From Candidatus Saccharimonadia bacterium (GTDB lineage: Bacteria > Patescibacteriota > Saccharimonadia > UBA4664), in contig JBGTMQ010000020.1 in the NCBI GenBank assembly GCA_041743505.1, positions 81,099-145,098 of the forward strand: a DNA stretch of 64,000 nucleotides. The letters run 5' to 3'. The notes under the pieces were generated by a model. That model saw only the letters and a list, made by a program, of their open reading frames with translations. It did not search any database and had not been told where the DNA came from. This document shows, piece by piece, positions 42,981 through 52,659 of the stretch. How positions within the stretch are numbered: position 1 is the first letter of the stretch; every line of letters starts with the position of its first letter. The translations under genes were made by a program, and so were the position numbers.

Positions 42981-44027
42981 ATGAAAACAGTTTATGTCGG
43001 CATGAGCGGGGGAGTTGATTCCTCGGTGACCGCAGCGCTCGTCAAGAGCCATGGTTACCGGGTAGTCGGTGTCTACATGAAAAACTGGACCCAGGACGTA
43101 GCCGGGGTGGCCTGCCCCTGGAAGCAAGACCTAGCCGACGCCCGGGCTGCCGCAGTCGTCATCGACATACCGTTCAAGGTGTTTGATTTCCAGGCCGAAT
43201 ACAGGCAAAACGTTGTCCAGACCATGGTGGCCGAATACGAAGCCGGCCGTACCCCCAACCCGGATATCATGTGCAACCAGGAGATCAAATTCAAACTATT
43301 CCTGGACGCGGCCACAGCCGACGGTGCCGACCTCATCGCCACCGGTCACTATGCACGCACCAATAACGGCCAGCTCCTCGCCGCCGCTGATACCAACAAA
43401 GACCAAACCTACTTCCTCTACCGCGTCGCCCCCGAAGCCCTAAAACGGACCCTGTTCCCGCTCGGTGAGGTAACCAAGCCCGAGGTCCGCCGGTTAGCCG
43501 CCGAACTTAATCTACCCACCGCCACCAAACCCGACTCACAAGGCATTTGCTTTGTTGGTGAAGTCGGTATCAAGGAGTTCTTGCGCCAATACGTTACGAC
43601 CTCGCCAGGACCGGTCCTGGAGCGCACTACGGGCCGTCAGCTGGGTCAGCATGATGGGGCTGTGTTCTATACCATTGGCCAGCGTCATGGCCTTGGTATC
43701 GGCGGCGGCACCCCACTCTATGTCACCGGCAAGGACATCGGGTCCAATACAGTCTACGTTACCGGCGATCCGTCCGACCTGGAGCTGGAAACCGATCAAT
43801 TTGCCATCGCCCAAACTCACTGGATCAGCGCCTCACCAGAGGCCGGCCGCATCTATCATGTCCGAGTCCGTCATCGCAGTGAACTCATCGAAGGACGCAT
43901 CACCCAAATCGCCGGTCGCTGGCAGGTCAAACTCGCCCGCCCCGAGCGCGCCATTTCCCCCGGCCAATCCGCCGTCATCTACGACGGCGCCGCGGTTTTA
44001 GGCGGCGGCATTATTAGCTCAAACTAA
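42981..44027 (+). CDS. mnmA: tRNA-specific 2-thiouridylase
   Basis: VGMSGGVDSSV PP-loop and catalytic Cys motifs; 348 aa. Confidence 0.9.
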   Translation: MKTVYVGMSGGVDSSVTAALVKSHGYRVVGVYMKNWTQDVAGVACPWKQDLADARAAAVVIDIPFKVFDFQAEYRQNVVQTMVAEYEAGRTPNPDIMCNQEIKFKLFLDAATADGADLIATGHYARTNNGQLLAAADTNKDQTYFLYRVAPEALKRTLFPLGEVTKPEVRRLAAELNLPTATKPDSQGICFVGEVGIKEFLRQYVTTSPGPVLERTTGRQLGQHDGAVFYTIGQRHGLGIGGGTPLYVTGKDIGSNTVYVTGDPSDLELETDQFAIAQTHWISASPEAGRIYHVRVRHRSELIEGRITQIAGRWQVKLARPERAISPGQSAVIYDGAAVLGGGIISSN

Positions 44028-44088
44028 AAAGAGTCCGGCCTTAACAATCTAAGGCCGGACTATACAATACGTCCTAACAGGGCAGGGA

Positions 44089-44934
44089 CTACCGGACGGA
44101 CAAAGCCGGTGGGTTGTAGACAGTGCGCGTACGCTCGTCATGCATCAGGATGAACTGACCGGTAGGGAAGACACCTAGTGCCAAAATCGCTCTCACCGCC
44201 ACCTCCCAGACCCCGGTAACATCGCTAGGGTCGTGGTGAGTGGAAAAATGGATCCGAGCCGGACCCGGCAAGCCATCCCGGGGGATTTCGATATACGGCG
44301 CGGGCCTCTCAGCCACACCGGCCAACCCGATCAAGGCCGCAAGGCTAGATACGACACCACGAGGACAATCGAACATCAGCCGGATGACGCCAGGCTCCAC
44401 GGCGCCGAGGACTGGGTCTGCTATGAAATCGTACCGTGGCACGAGCAGGTCCATCAGCCGGCCGGTAAATGACGAGTCCCGGTAAACCCGGCCGCGCAGG
44501 GAAGCCATAAAGCCAAGGTATTCACCTTCCAGGCCAACCCAACTGCCAAACATCAACTCCTTGGACAAGCCTCGGGCTGTGGTCAGCAGGTTAGCAATGG
44601 GCAGGGTGTGCTCGGGATCGATCGCGGCCAATCCACCACTCACAAACAGTACCTCTGGCCGCTCCAGCGGATCGTACTCCCCAGGAGCCGCGATCCCCGG
44701 GAAGAGGCCTAACGTTTCCAGCCCACGGGCTGCAACGTCAGAGATGCGGTCATGCACCCGGATAACGAAATCGTCGCCCTCGCTCCCGGCGCTGACTTCG
44801 CGCGATAAGCGTATTCTGAGCTCTCGGACAATACTATTCAGTTCCGCGCCGCACAAAGCTACACGAGGATCGGGGACTATGTCGGTGCACGTCTCATGCC
44901 GGGTGACCCTGTAACTGTTGGTGGCCGTTGTCAT
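44089..44934 (-). CDS. hypothetical protein
   Basis: AGGAGG SD 5 nt upstream of ATG 44934, and a TTGACT-17-TAATAT promoter on the - strand at about 44960-44990. 281 aa, no confident family. Confidence 0.5.
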   Translation of the reverse strand: MTTATNSYRVTRHETCTDIVPDPRVALCGAELNSIVRELRIRLSREVSAGSEGDDFVIRVHDRISDVAARGLETLGLFPGIAAPGEYDPLERPEVLFVSGGLAAIDPEHTLPIANLLTTARGLSKELMFGSWVGLEGEYLGFMASLRGRVYRDSSFTGRLMDLLVPRYDFIADPVLGAVEPGVIRLMFDCPRGVVSSLAALIGLAGVAERPAPYIEIPRDGLPGPARIHFSTHHDPSDVTGVWEVAVRAILALGVFPTGQFILMHDERTRTVYNPPALSVR

Positions 44935-45010
44935 GGTACCTCCTACGACATCTGACTAAAATCAGATTTTGAAAGGGATGTATCTATATTACAATAAAAA
45001 CGTCAAAAAG

Positions 45011-45721
45011 TCAAAAAACAGCTTTCGAATACACCCGGCGACCTTCCACGAACACCGACTTGCCGTCCAAAATATCTAAACCAAGCTGAAAGTTACCAAA
45101 CGACTTAGCTTGCTTGGCCACCTCCTCCGTCGTCATCCACGCATTCCGCCCGCCTTCGAATCGCTCCTTTAACTCTCCACGCACATTCATACAATGCACG
45201 TAGAAGAAAATTTTGTCCTCAAGCAACTCCTGCGATTCTTGCTGAATCGCGTGCTCGTGATAAACCCCCAAAATCCTTAGGTCTGCCTCCAGACCAGTCT
45301 CCTCCTTTAGCTCCCGCGCGGCCCCCTCCGAAATCATTTCGCCCCACCGAAGCTTGCCCGACGGACGACCCCAAAACCCATAATAAGGATGCTTAAGCCG
45401 CTCCTGAAATAAAAACTCCCGCCGGCCATCCCGCTGCCGTTCAATCATCAACATCACCGCTACCTTTGGCTGCCGCTCCACTGTGTGGTTATCAGTATCG
45501 AGCCGGTTGGCATATTCTTTGCCGCGCGTCGTCAACTGATACCGGCCCTGCTCCGTCCGTCCCACCAGCCCCAGCTCTACCAGCCGCCCAATATGAAACG
45601 TAAAATGATCGCTCGAAAGTCCGGTCGGCTTCTGCAGCTCCGCAAACCCGGCCGCGGGTAAAAATAATAGCTCACGCAATATAGCCGTTTGAGCAACATG
45701 TATATTGACCTCTAAACTCAT
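45011..45721 (-). CDS. winged-HTH + Nudix hydrolase fusion protein
   Basis: N-terminal ILRELLF...HIGRLVELGLVGR wHTH and a C-terminal Nudix box GFWGRPSGKLRWGEMISEGAARELKEETGL. Preferred start ATG 45721 (GGAG upstream); the tool ORF extends to 45805. Confidence 0.65.
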   Translation of the reverse strand: MSLEVNIHVAQTAILRELLFLPAAGFAELQKPTGLSSDHFTFHIGRLVELGLVGRTEQGRYQLTTRGKEYANRLDTDNHTVERQPKVAVMLMIERQRDGRREFLFQERLKHPYYGFWGRPSGKLRWGEMISEGAARELKEETGLEADLRILGVYHEHAIQQESQELLEDKIFFYVHCMNVRGELKERFEGGRNAWMTTEEVAKQAKSFGNFQLGLDILDGKSVFVEGRRVYSKAVF

Positions 45722-45853
45722 TGTCCGGGCTCCGCTTAGCTTATGCGGTGAGTATAGAGATTGCCCACCTGGTAATCTAGTGAAGCCGGGTTTACCCGCC
45801 TGCACGATTCCAAAGGATAGAGCCCCGCGGGTTAAGCGGGGCTCAGGTGCGCT

Positions 45854-46717
45854 CTAGCTCAAATCAGCTAAAGCGCGGAAAGTTTGTTCATTTATCACGA
45901 TTACCGGCACGGTAGATCCGTGCACCGCAACACCAAAGGTAGGGATACGGCGCAGGTAATCCCGGTAAGATTGGCCGGAACGGGCCACATAGGCGGCGCG
46001 CCCAACCGAATTACAAAAGATCTCTTGTGCATCAATATCCAGCTTCTTCTGCACGGCTTCAGGCGTGGCCTGTGCCCCGGCCGCCGCGATCACTGCGCCG
46101 TACCGGCCGACGGAGGCAGGCGTGGCAGTCGACTTAACGATCAGTTGGCACATTTCGGTATCTGGGGCCGACGGAATGGGCGAAATCTCGCCGGCTACCG
46201 GAACCCGGATAAAAGCTACCGAAATCTCCGCATCAAAAACGGTAAATCCCCAGCCCGTGGCGCTGACTTGACCGGCCGTTGCGCGCGAAAGCTGGTCAAA
46301 CAGGGCTTTATTGCTCGAAAACACCACGTAGTGGCGTTTTTGCGGCCACAGGCTGGTCACCGCCTCTAGCGGGTTGCTTTTACCAAGTGCATCAACGTTT
46401 GAGCTGATCGCCCGGCCGGCTAGTCCGATGTTGACCGCAACTTGCTTAGCCAGGAGGGAAGCCGGAATATTAGGCGCGACACCGCTTTCCGACATAAAGA
46501 TCAGCTGATGATCCTGCACGGTAATCTGTTCCAGTGTCTGCAATTCGTTCGATCGCAAACTTGGCGGGCTAACCTGAACCAATTCGCTATTCCGGTTCAT
46601 AACGAGCGCCGATGCATCCGCAATACTACAAGCCGGGGTCAAAATGATCATGATCGCCAACAGAAACAGCCCGATCGGGCCGCCCAGCCGGCGAACTCTT
46701 TGGGGTACGATGTGCAT
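45854..46717 (-). CDS. exported hypothetical protein
   Basis: N-terminal TM/signal anchor LFLLAIMIILTPACS; 287 aa. Confidence 0.5.
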   Translation of the reverse strand: MHIVPQRVRRLGGPIGLFLLAIMIILTPACSIADASALVMNRNSELVQVSPPSLRSNELQTLEQITVQDHQLIFMSESGVAPNIPASLLAKQVAVNIGLAGRAISSNVDALGKSNPLEAVTSLWPQKRHYVVFSSNKALFDQLSRATAGQVSATGWGFTVFDAEISVAFIRVPVAGEISPIPSAPDTEMCQLIVKSTATPASVGRYGAVIAAAGAQATPEAVQKKLDIDAQEIFCNSVGRAAYVARSGQSYRDYLRRIPTFGVAVHGSTVPVIVINEQTFRALADLS

Positions 46718-47043
46718 CAGGATACCTTCCTTGAGGGGGCCGGCACATAACGTCGGCTATTGTATCATACTTTTTGACAAAATTGACAAAAGCTGTTCCC
46801 TTAACCCTCCTGCACAAACACTGAGAGCTATGGCTAGTTCATACTCAGTGGGTACTAGAAAAAGTCTAATCATTGAATTATCATCAAAAATAACTTATAG
46901 TTTTATCCTACACTAAGCCAAAAAAGCTACCATTTTATCACTCGCTCGTAGCTTACTAGAAAAATTCTAGTGCTCTGTCCTCAGGCATAGCCGTCCGTGC
47001 GTCTTCATCTTCTACTCAAAACCATCGAGAATCTCGCTTAATT

Positions 47044-47052
47044 TGATACAAT
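47044..47052 (+). promoter_or_regulatory. extended -10 TGaTACAAT, 7 nt upstream of alaS ATG (leaderless)
   Basis: Identical element to 41375-41383. Confidence 0.45.
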
Positions 47053-47059
47053 ACACCCC

Positions 47060-49060
47060 ATGACCACCCAAGAAATCCGCTCAGCTTATCTAAAATTCTT
47101 CGCTAACCGCGGCCACGTTATCATCCCGCGGGCCAATCTCGTGCCCAAAGAAGACGCCACTACGCTTTTTACCGGCTCCGGCATGCAACCCATGATTCCA
47201 TACCTACTCGGCGCCAAACACCCCAGCGGCACCCGCCTGACCGATTCGCAAGTCTGCTTTCGCGCCGATGACATCGACGAAGTCGGCGACAATCGCCATA
47301 CCACCTCGTTTGAGATGCTCGGCAACTGGAGCCTCGGCGACTACTTTAAAAAAGAGCAAATCCACTGGATATTCGAGTTTCTAACTGAAGTCGTCAAGCT
47401 CGACCCGAATAAACTCTACGTCACCGCCTTTATTGGTGCCCCTGGGTACGACATTCCCAAAGACACTGAAGCCGCCGAGATCTGGCAGGAGCTCTTTAGA
47501 AAACAAGGCATTGACGCCGATGTCGCCGACCTTGGCTCAGAGGCAGACGGCTACAACCGCGGCATGAAAGCTGGCGAACGCATCTTCTATTACGATGGTT
47601 CCAAAAACTGGTGGAGCCGCAACGGTGGTCCCGAAACCACTCCGGTCGGCGACCCGTGTGGTCCCGACTCGGAAATGTTCTTCCGCCTCGACGACTCCCC
47701 GCATACTGACGATGAACAGCGCCAGTGGGGCGAGCATTGTCACCCCAACTGCGACTGCGGCCGGTTTATCGAAATCGGCAACAATGTCTTTATGGCCTAT
47801 CGCAAAGAAGCCGAAGGCAGATTTGTATTGCTCGAAAAGCCCAATATCGATCATGGCGCCGGTCTCGAACGGCTGGCCGCCGCAGCTATCAACGACCCGG
47901 ATATGTTCAAAATTAGCCTGCTCTGGCCCATCATCAAACAGCTCGAGCGCCTATCAGGCAAAGACTACGCCGCCGAGCAGCTGCCCATGCGTATCATCGC
48001 CGACCACCTGCGGGCCGCCACCTGGCTGGCCGTCGACGGCGTAGTCCCAAGTAACACGGCCCAAGGCTATGTCATGCGCCGCTTCATCCGCCGCGCCATC
48101 CGCCAGGCCCATGCCCTGGGTCTACGCGACAACTTTGTGCACGAGGTTATCCCCGTCATTGCCGACAGCTACCGGGATGCCTTTCCCGAAGTTACCGAGC
48201 GCGAAGTTGAGGTGATTAATATTCTTGTAATTGAAGAGAAACAATTTCGTTCCACGCTCGAGCGCGGTTTAAGGGAGTTTGAAAAACAATCGTTAGTCCT
48301 GCAAAAAGATGATGGTACATATAGCAGTCAAATACCGGCAGCTACTAAGCCACTTGAGCCAGGTGTCACTCCAAAGTCTTCTGGCTATTTAGGTAAATTC
48401 AGTGTTTTAACTGGCGACATGATGTTTAAACTCTTCGATACCCATGGATTTCCTGTTGAGCTCTCGAAAGAAGAGGCACAACGACGCGGTATGAAAATTG
48501 CGACAGATGCGGATAAAATCTATACAGAACTAATGAACGAGCAGCGCATTCGCTCCCGTACCGCCACCACCGGCCAATTCAAGGGCGGCCTGGCCGATCA
48601 CTCGGAGATGAGCACCAAATATCACACCGCCACGCATCTCATGTACAAAGCCTTGCGCATCGTGCTCGGCGATCACGTTATCCAGCGCGGATCAAACATC
48701 ACGCCGGAGCGGCTGCGCTTCGACTTTAGCCACTCCGGCAAAATGACGCCGGAGCAAATTAAACATGTCGAAGATATCGTCAACGCTCAAATCGGCAAAG
48801 ATTGGCCGATGGGCTTCCGCGAAGAGAAAACAGCCGGCGTACTCGGCAAAGTTCTCGGCGCCTTCGGTGACCGTTACGGCGACTTGGTCAAAATCTACAC
48901 TGTCGGTGACCCGGACGGCGAACATTACTCCCGCGAAATCTGCGGTGGCCCGCACGTGGACCACACCGGAGTCCTGGCTGAAGGTGGCAAACGGTTCAGG
49001 ATCAAGAAAGAAGAATCCAGCTCCGCCGGCGTACGGCGCATCAAAGCCGTACTTGAGTAG
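47060..49060 (+). CDS. alaS: alanine--tRNA ligase (short form, catalytic + editing domains, no C-Ala domain)
   Basis: HTTSFEMLGNWSLGDYFK, GAGLERL, editing-domain HTATHL and CGGPHV motifs. 666 aa versus about 870 typical. Confidence 0.9.
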   Translation: MTTQEIRSAYLKFFANRGHVIIPRANLVPKEDATTLFTGSGMQPMIPYLLGAKHPSGTRLTDSQVCFRADDIDEVGDNRHTTSFEMLGNWSLGDYFKKEQIHWIFEFLTEVVKLDPNKLYVTAFIGAPGYDIPKDTEAAEIWQELFRKQGIDADVADLGSEADGYNRGMKAGERIFYYDGSKNWWSRNGGPETTPVGDPCGPDSEMFFRLDDSPHTDDEQRQWGEHCHPNCDCGRFIEIGNNVFMAYRKEAEGRFVLLEKPNIDHGAGLERLAAAAINDPDMFKISLLWPIIKQLERLSGKDYAAEQLPMRIIADHLRAATWLAVDGVVPSNTAQGYVMRRFIRRAIRQAHALGLRDNFVHEVIPVIADSYRDAFPEVTEREVEVINILVIEEKQFRSTLERGLREFEKQSLVLQKDDGTYSSQIPAATKPLEPGVTPKSSGYLGKFSVLTGDMMFKLFDTHGFPVELSKEEAQRRGMKIATDADKIYTELMNEQRIRSRTATTGQFKGGLADHSEMSTKYHTATHLMYKALRIVLGDHVIQRGSNITPERLRFDFSHSGKMTPEQIKHVEDIVNAQIGKDWPMGFREEKTAGVLGKVLGAFGDRYGDLVKIYTVGDPDGEHYSREICGGPHVDHTGVLAEGGKRFRIKKEESSSAGVRRIKAVLE

Positions 49061-49123
49061 CAAACCCCGCACCTCCAAACAAAAAATAGCCGGCACGCAA
49101 GGTGCCGGCCGTTGTCGTCTGCT

Positions 49124-49468
49124 TCATTGAAGCGCGATCGGGAGTGCTATGACCCCCAGGAGGATAGATCCAGCCGCAATTGTGACCAGGCCTACCGTAG
49201 CAACTGACTTGTCGGGTGGAACGAGCCTGAGCTCGGCGGCCCATTTGGTGTGGACCACGACGATCATGAGATGGGCGATGGTGAGAGTCGCAATCGCCAA
49301 TGATGTGGCTATCGCGCAGAACCAGCCCAGCACCACGCTGCCAAAAGGCGCCTGGTGCAATACCGAATGGAACATCGGAGTCATGATGGTCGCCATTGTA
49401 GAGAGAACAGGCAAGACCGGAAAAAATGTCTCCAGGTTACGCCGCATGGAACTAGTCGATGAAATCAT
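49124..49468 (-). CDS. small membrane protein, tandem paralog M1
   Basis: GGGAGG SD 6 nt upstream of ATG 49468. Shares L.QAPFG...LGW.C.I..SLA with M2. Confidence 0.45.
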   Translation of the reverse strand: MISSTSSMRRNLETFFPVLPVLSTMATIMTPMFHSVLHQAPFGSVVLGWFCAIATSLAIATLTIAHLMIVVVHTKWAAELRLVPPDKSVATVGLVTIAAGSILLGVIALPIALQ

Positions 49469-49484
49469 GGTTGCCTCCCGGAGC

Positions 49485-49826
49485 CTAGATGAACAGTATG
49501 CCAATCGATGCAGCGCCTAGCAAAAAGGATACTGCCACCGCCCAGGCCGCAAGTTTGACGGCCCAATCGCTGACATATGGGAAAATATCGAGACGCCAAG
49601 CCAGCTGAGCGCCCATCAACATGAGGATGATGGCGGAGTAGGCAAAAACCGACACGGCCAAGGATGCCACGATGCAGCAAACCCAGCCAAGCGCCGGGTT
49701 ACCAAAAGGCGCCTGGGGTAACATCAGATGGAGTATGGGGACTGGGCTGGCAGCCAAAATCAGCAATACCACCACTGACGGAGCGAGTGCCCACATCTTG
49801 CGACGCTGACGTGTACTGTAAGCCAT
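49485..49826 (-). CDS. small membrane protein, tandem paralog M2
   Basis: GAGAGG SD 8 nt upstream of ATG 49826. Paralog of M1. Confidence 0.45.
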   Translation of the reverse strand: MAYSTRQRRKMWALAPSVVVLLILAASPVPILHLMLPQAPFGNPALGWVCCIVASLAVSVFAYSAIILMLMGAQLAWRLDIFPYVSDWAVKLAAWAVAVSFLLGAASIGILFI

Positions 49827-49941
49827 CATTAGCCTCTCAATGTCGAAGAACACATGTATAGCTTAAATATAACACAAAATATGCAAAAAGTCAATAATCA
49901 AGACCTTCGTCTAAGCCTGTCCAATCGAGCAAAATTTAGCT

Positions 49942-50667
49942 ATGCTAACTGAAGTGAAACTAAAGTACAAACGCTTACTCCTTAAATTATCCGGCGAGCA
50001 ATTAGCCGGCGGTCATAAAAGCGGCATCGACCCGGCCATCGTTGCCTGGATAGCCAAAGAAGTTAAGAAAGCTACCGACGCCGGCGCCGAAATTATCATG
50101 TTGGCCGGCGGTGGCAATATCGTTCGCGGCAAAGAAGTCGCCGGCAACGGCATCCAGCTCATAACCGCTCACAACATGGGCATGCTCTCAGGCCTCATGA
50201 ACGGCATGGCGGTAGCAGATGTACTTACCGCCAATGGCATCTCGGCCCAATTACTAACAAATATCCGAGCCGACCAGGTAGCCGATCAATACACCGAGCG
50301 CCGGGCGGTGCATCATCTAAACAAAGGCCGCGTAGTCGTTATCGGCGGCGGCATCGGCCGGCCGTACTTCACCCACGATACCGCTGCCGTCAATCTGGCT
50401 CTGGAACTCCAATGCGACATCGTCTGCAAAATAACTAAAGTCGACGGCGTCTACGACCGTGACCCCACCAAGCACGCCGGTGCCAAGAAATTCGACGAGG
50501 TTTCATTTCAGCATGCCGTCGAAAACACCAATATCGCCGTCATGGACAAGGCGGCGCTAGGTTTGGCCATGGAACATAAGATGCCGGTGATAATCTTTGA
50601 TCTCCACAACGAGGACAACATCCGCCGCGTCGCCTCGGGCGAAGCCGTCGGCACGCTCATTTCATAG
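49942..50667 (+). CDS. pyrH: UMP kinase family protein (divergent paralog)
   Basis: LLLKLSGEQLAG, GGGNIVRG and DTAAV motifs of the amino-acid-kinase/UMPK fold. More divergent from E. coli PyrH than the convergent copy. Confidence 0.8.
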   Translation: MLTEVKLKYKRLLLKLSGEQLAGGHKSGIDPAIVAWIAKEVKKATDAGAEIIMLAGGGNIVRGKEVAGNGIQLITAHNMGMLSGLMNGMAVADVLTANGISAQLLTNIRADQVADQYTERRAVHHLNKGRVVVIGGGIGRPYFTHDTAAVNLALELQCDIVCKITKVDGVYDRDPTKHAGAKKFDEVSFQHAVENTNIAVMDKAALGLAMEHKMPVIIFDLHNEDNIRRVASGEAVGTLIS

Positions 50668-50725
50668 ACTTCAAAACATGAAAACGGCCACCTCTATACG
50701 AGACAGCCGCTTAATACTGCGTCAA

Positions 50726-51517
50726 CTAAACTAAATGCCGGAGGGTATGTACGATTGTACCGACTCCTTCGCCTCGCACAGCCCGGGCAATATTGCCCTC
50801 GGTGAGCAGGTTAAAAACGATGATCGGCAGCTTGTTGTCCATGCAAAGGCTGAAGGCCGTTGCATCTGCAACCTTAAGGTCGCGTTCAAGCACCTCACGA
50901 TGCGTGATCCATGGAATCAATTCAGCGGTGGGGTCTGTCCTGGGATCAGCCGTGTACACGCCGTCGACAGCTTTGCCCATCAGCAGAATCTCGCAGCCAA
51001 TTTCCAGCGCTCTCTGGGCGGCAGTTGTATCCGTCGAGAAGTAGGGCATACTAACGCCGGCGCCAAAAATCACCACCCGCCCTTTTTCGAGGTGTCGGAT
51101 AGCCCGGCGGGGAATGTACGCCTCAGCCACTTGGCTCATCGTAATGGCGGTCTGCACACGGGTCTCAACGCCATACTCGCGCTCCAGAAAATCCTGTAAC
51201 GCCAGACTATTCATCACTGTGCCAAGCATACCCATGTAGTCAGCCCTGGCGCGGTCCATGCCGGTATCTTGCAACTGCCGCCCGCGGAAAAAGTTACCAC
51301 CGCCAATGACGATCGCCATCTCAATGCCGGTAGCCGCCACCTCGGCTATTTGCCGCGCCACCATGTTTACTACGTCCGGATCAACCCCGACGCTACCGCC
51401 ACCAAACATTTCACCGCCGAGCTTCAGCATCACGCGGCGATAACGTGGTGGCTGGAATTCTTTGCCAAGCCGGTCCATCGTTGCACAACCGGCCGGGGGA
51501 TCAGTCAAATCGGTCAT
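50726..51517 (-). CDS. pyrH: UMP kinase (canonical bacterial type)
   Basis: [43 protein letters not shown] and [11 protein letters not shown] closely follow the E. coli PyrH pattern. AAGGG SD upstream of ATG 51517. Confidence 0.8.
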   Translation of the reverse strand: MTDLTDPPAGCATMDRLGKEFQPPRYRRVMLKLGGEMFGGGSVGVDPDVVNMVARQIAEVAATGIEMAIVIGGGNFFRGRQLQDTGMDRARADYMGMLGTVMNSLALQDFLEREYGVETRVQTAITMSQVAEAYIPRRAIRHLEKGRVVIFGAGVSMPYFSTDTTAAQRALEIGCEILLMGKAVDGVYTADPRTDPTAELIPWITHREVLERDLKVADATAFSLCMDNKLPIIVFNLLTEGNIARAVRGEGVGTIVHTLRHLV

Positions 51518-51670
51518 GGTTCGCCCTTCGGTTTGTACAAAGCACCCATTGCTTCTAGCCGGTTATACCAGACAGCGTCAATTTACACAATAGAACTTAT
51601 ATATAGACCCTAAGCGCTTTCAATTTTTCAGATATGATGCTTATACTTAAAACTGTAACGTGAGTATGTA

Positions 51671-52297
51671 ATGAACCAGCGTGGCAGAGCGCCAATTTTG
51701 CTAATTGTAATTGCAGCGACCTTAGGTGTTGGGCTGGCGGCTTCAGCCTACCTGAATTACAACCAATACCAAAAATCCAGCCAAATCCAACGCGAGCTAA
51801 AGGGACAAATCACTGACCTGCGCTATCAACTGCGCATCGATCAGAAGCAGGCAGCAGCCTCACCGTCACCTTCGCCCGGAATTACGGCCGGTAACGCCGC
51901 CGCTCCCGCACCAGCCGCTTCGCCCGGTGTGCTCGGTGCCCAAACCGTCGACCTAACCCAGCTCGGTGTCAAGCTAACGGTCGGCGACCCGATCGCTGAT
52001 CTAACCTACGATCATGAACTGGTCGGCTCGCTGCAGGTGGCGAACCTAACCACCTCAAGCCTGGTGGCCAAATATCCCGCCTGTAAACCCGGTACGGCTC
52101 TGGGAATGGTTGTGCGCCGGCCGCTCAATTCAAAACCCTCGAGCTCCTCTACCAAATTCCTCAAAACATTCGGCAAATTTAATTTCTACTATGTCCCTTC
52201 AACCGGCAATTGTGGCGGTACTCCGGCCGGCCAAGCAGCCGTCACAGCAGCCAAGTCCGCCCTGGTAAACACCGTGTTGCCAACACTAAGCCAATAG
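51671..52297 (+). CDS. membrane-anchored hypothetical protein
   Basis: N-terminal TM helix, coiled-coil-like segment, Pro/Ala-rich linker. 208 aa. Confidence 0.5.
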   Translation: MNQRGRAPILLIVIAATLGVGLAASAYLNYNQYQKSSQIQRELKGQITDLRYQLRIDQKQAAASPSPSPGITAGNAAAPAPAASPGVLGAQTVDLTQLGVKLTVGDPIADLTYDHELVGSLQVANLTTSSLVAKYPACKPGTALGMVVRRPLNSKPSSSSTKFLKTFGKFNFYYVPSTGNCGGTPAGQAAVTAAKSALVNTVLPTLSQ

Positions 52298-52334
52298 TTT
52301 GCTATAATTAGTCAAACATAAGGAGCACAGCCAG

Positions 52335-52607
52335 GTGATGGGTTCAAGGCACATGATTATCATCGTCATGCAATGGGTCGTCATCGCTGTGCTGGTGGCC
52401 GGCGGAAGTATAGCGGTGCTTATGGCAGAGCACAAAACAGCCGATTTCAAAAAGCAGCTCGAAAATCAAAAGAGCAATGTTAACAGCCTCCGAGAACAGG
52501 TCCGCCAGGCCAGAAATCCAACTTCAAGCCCGGTGCAGCCGCTGCCCGAGGCATCCGCTAACGCCGCTCCGTCTCCGTCCATAACGCCCAAACCAGTTCG
52601 ACCATAG
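52335..52607 (+). CDS. small membrane protein with coiled-coil segment
   Basis: AAGGAG SD. TM helix followed by KKQLENQKSNVNSLREQVRQA. Possible divisome-type small protein (speculative). Confidence 0.5.
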   Translation: MMGSRHMIIIVMQWVVIAVLVAGGSIAVLMAEHKTADFKKQLENQKSNVNSLREQVRQARNPTSSPVQPLPEASANAAPSPSITPKPVRP

Positions 52608-52622
52608 TTGGCTTTAGCCTAG

Positions 52623-52638
52623 CATAAGCGCTACAATG
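52623..52638 (+). promoter_or_regulatory. promoter -10 region with 16-mer CATAAGCGCTACAATG (identical to the tpiA promoter)
   Basis: -10 TACAAT at 52632-52637, 22 nt upstream of the ftsA ATG. Confidence 0.5.
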
Positions 52639-52659
52639 AGCGGTATAAGATAGTAGCCA

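Noticed and set aside
46800-46990. Third exact copy of the 13-mer CTACACTAAGCCA at 46908-46920, plus the 14-mer TCCTGCACAAACA shared with 57924-57937
   Set aside because: No canonical arms at the expected -34/+24 distances; only a weakly arm-like tgctctgtcctcaggcatag 50 nt downstream. Exact 13-14-mers are expected by chance tens of times in 64 kb, so it is possibly a decayed copy but not supportable.
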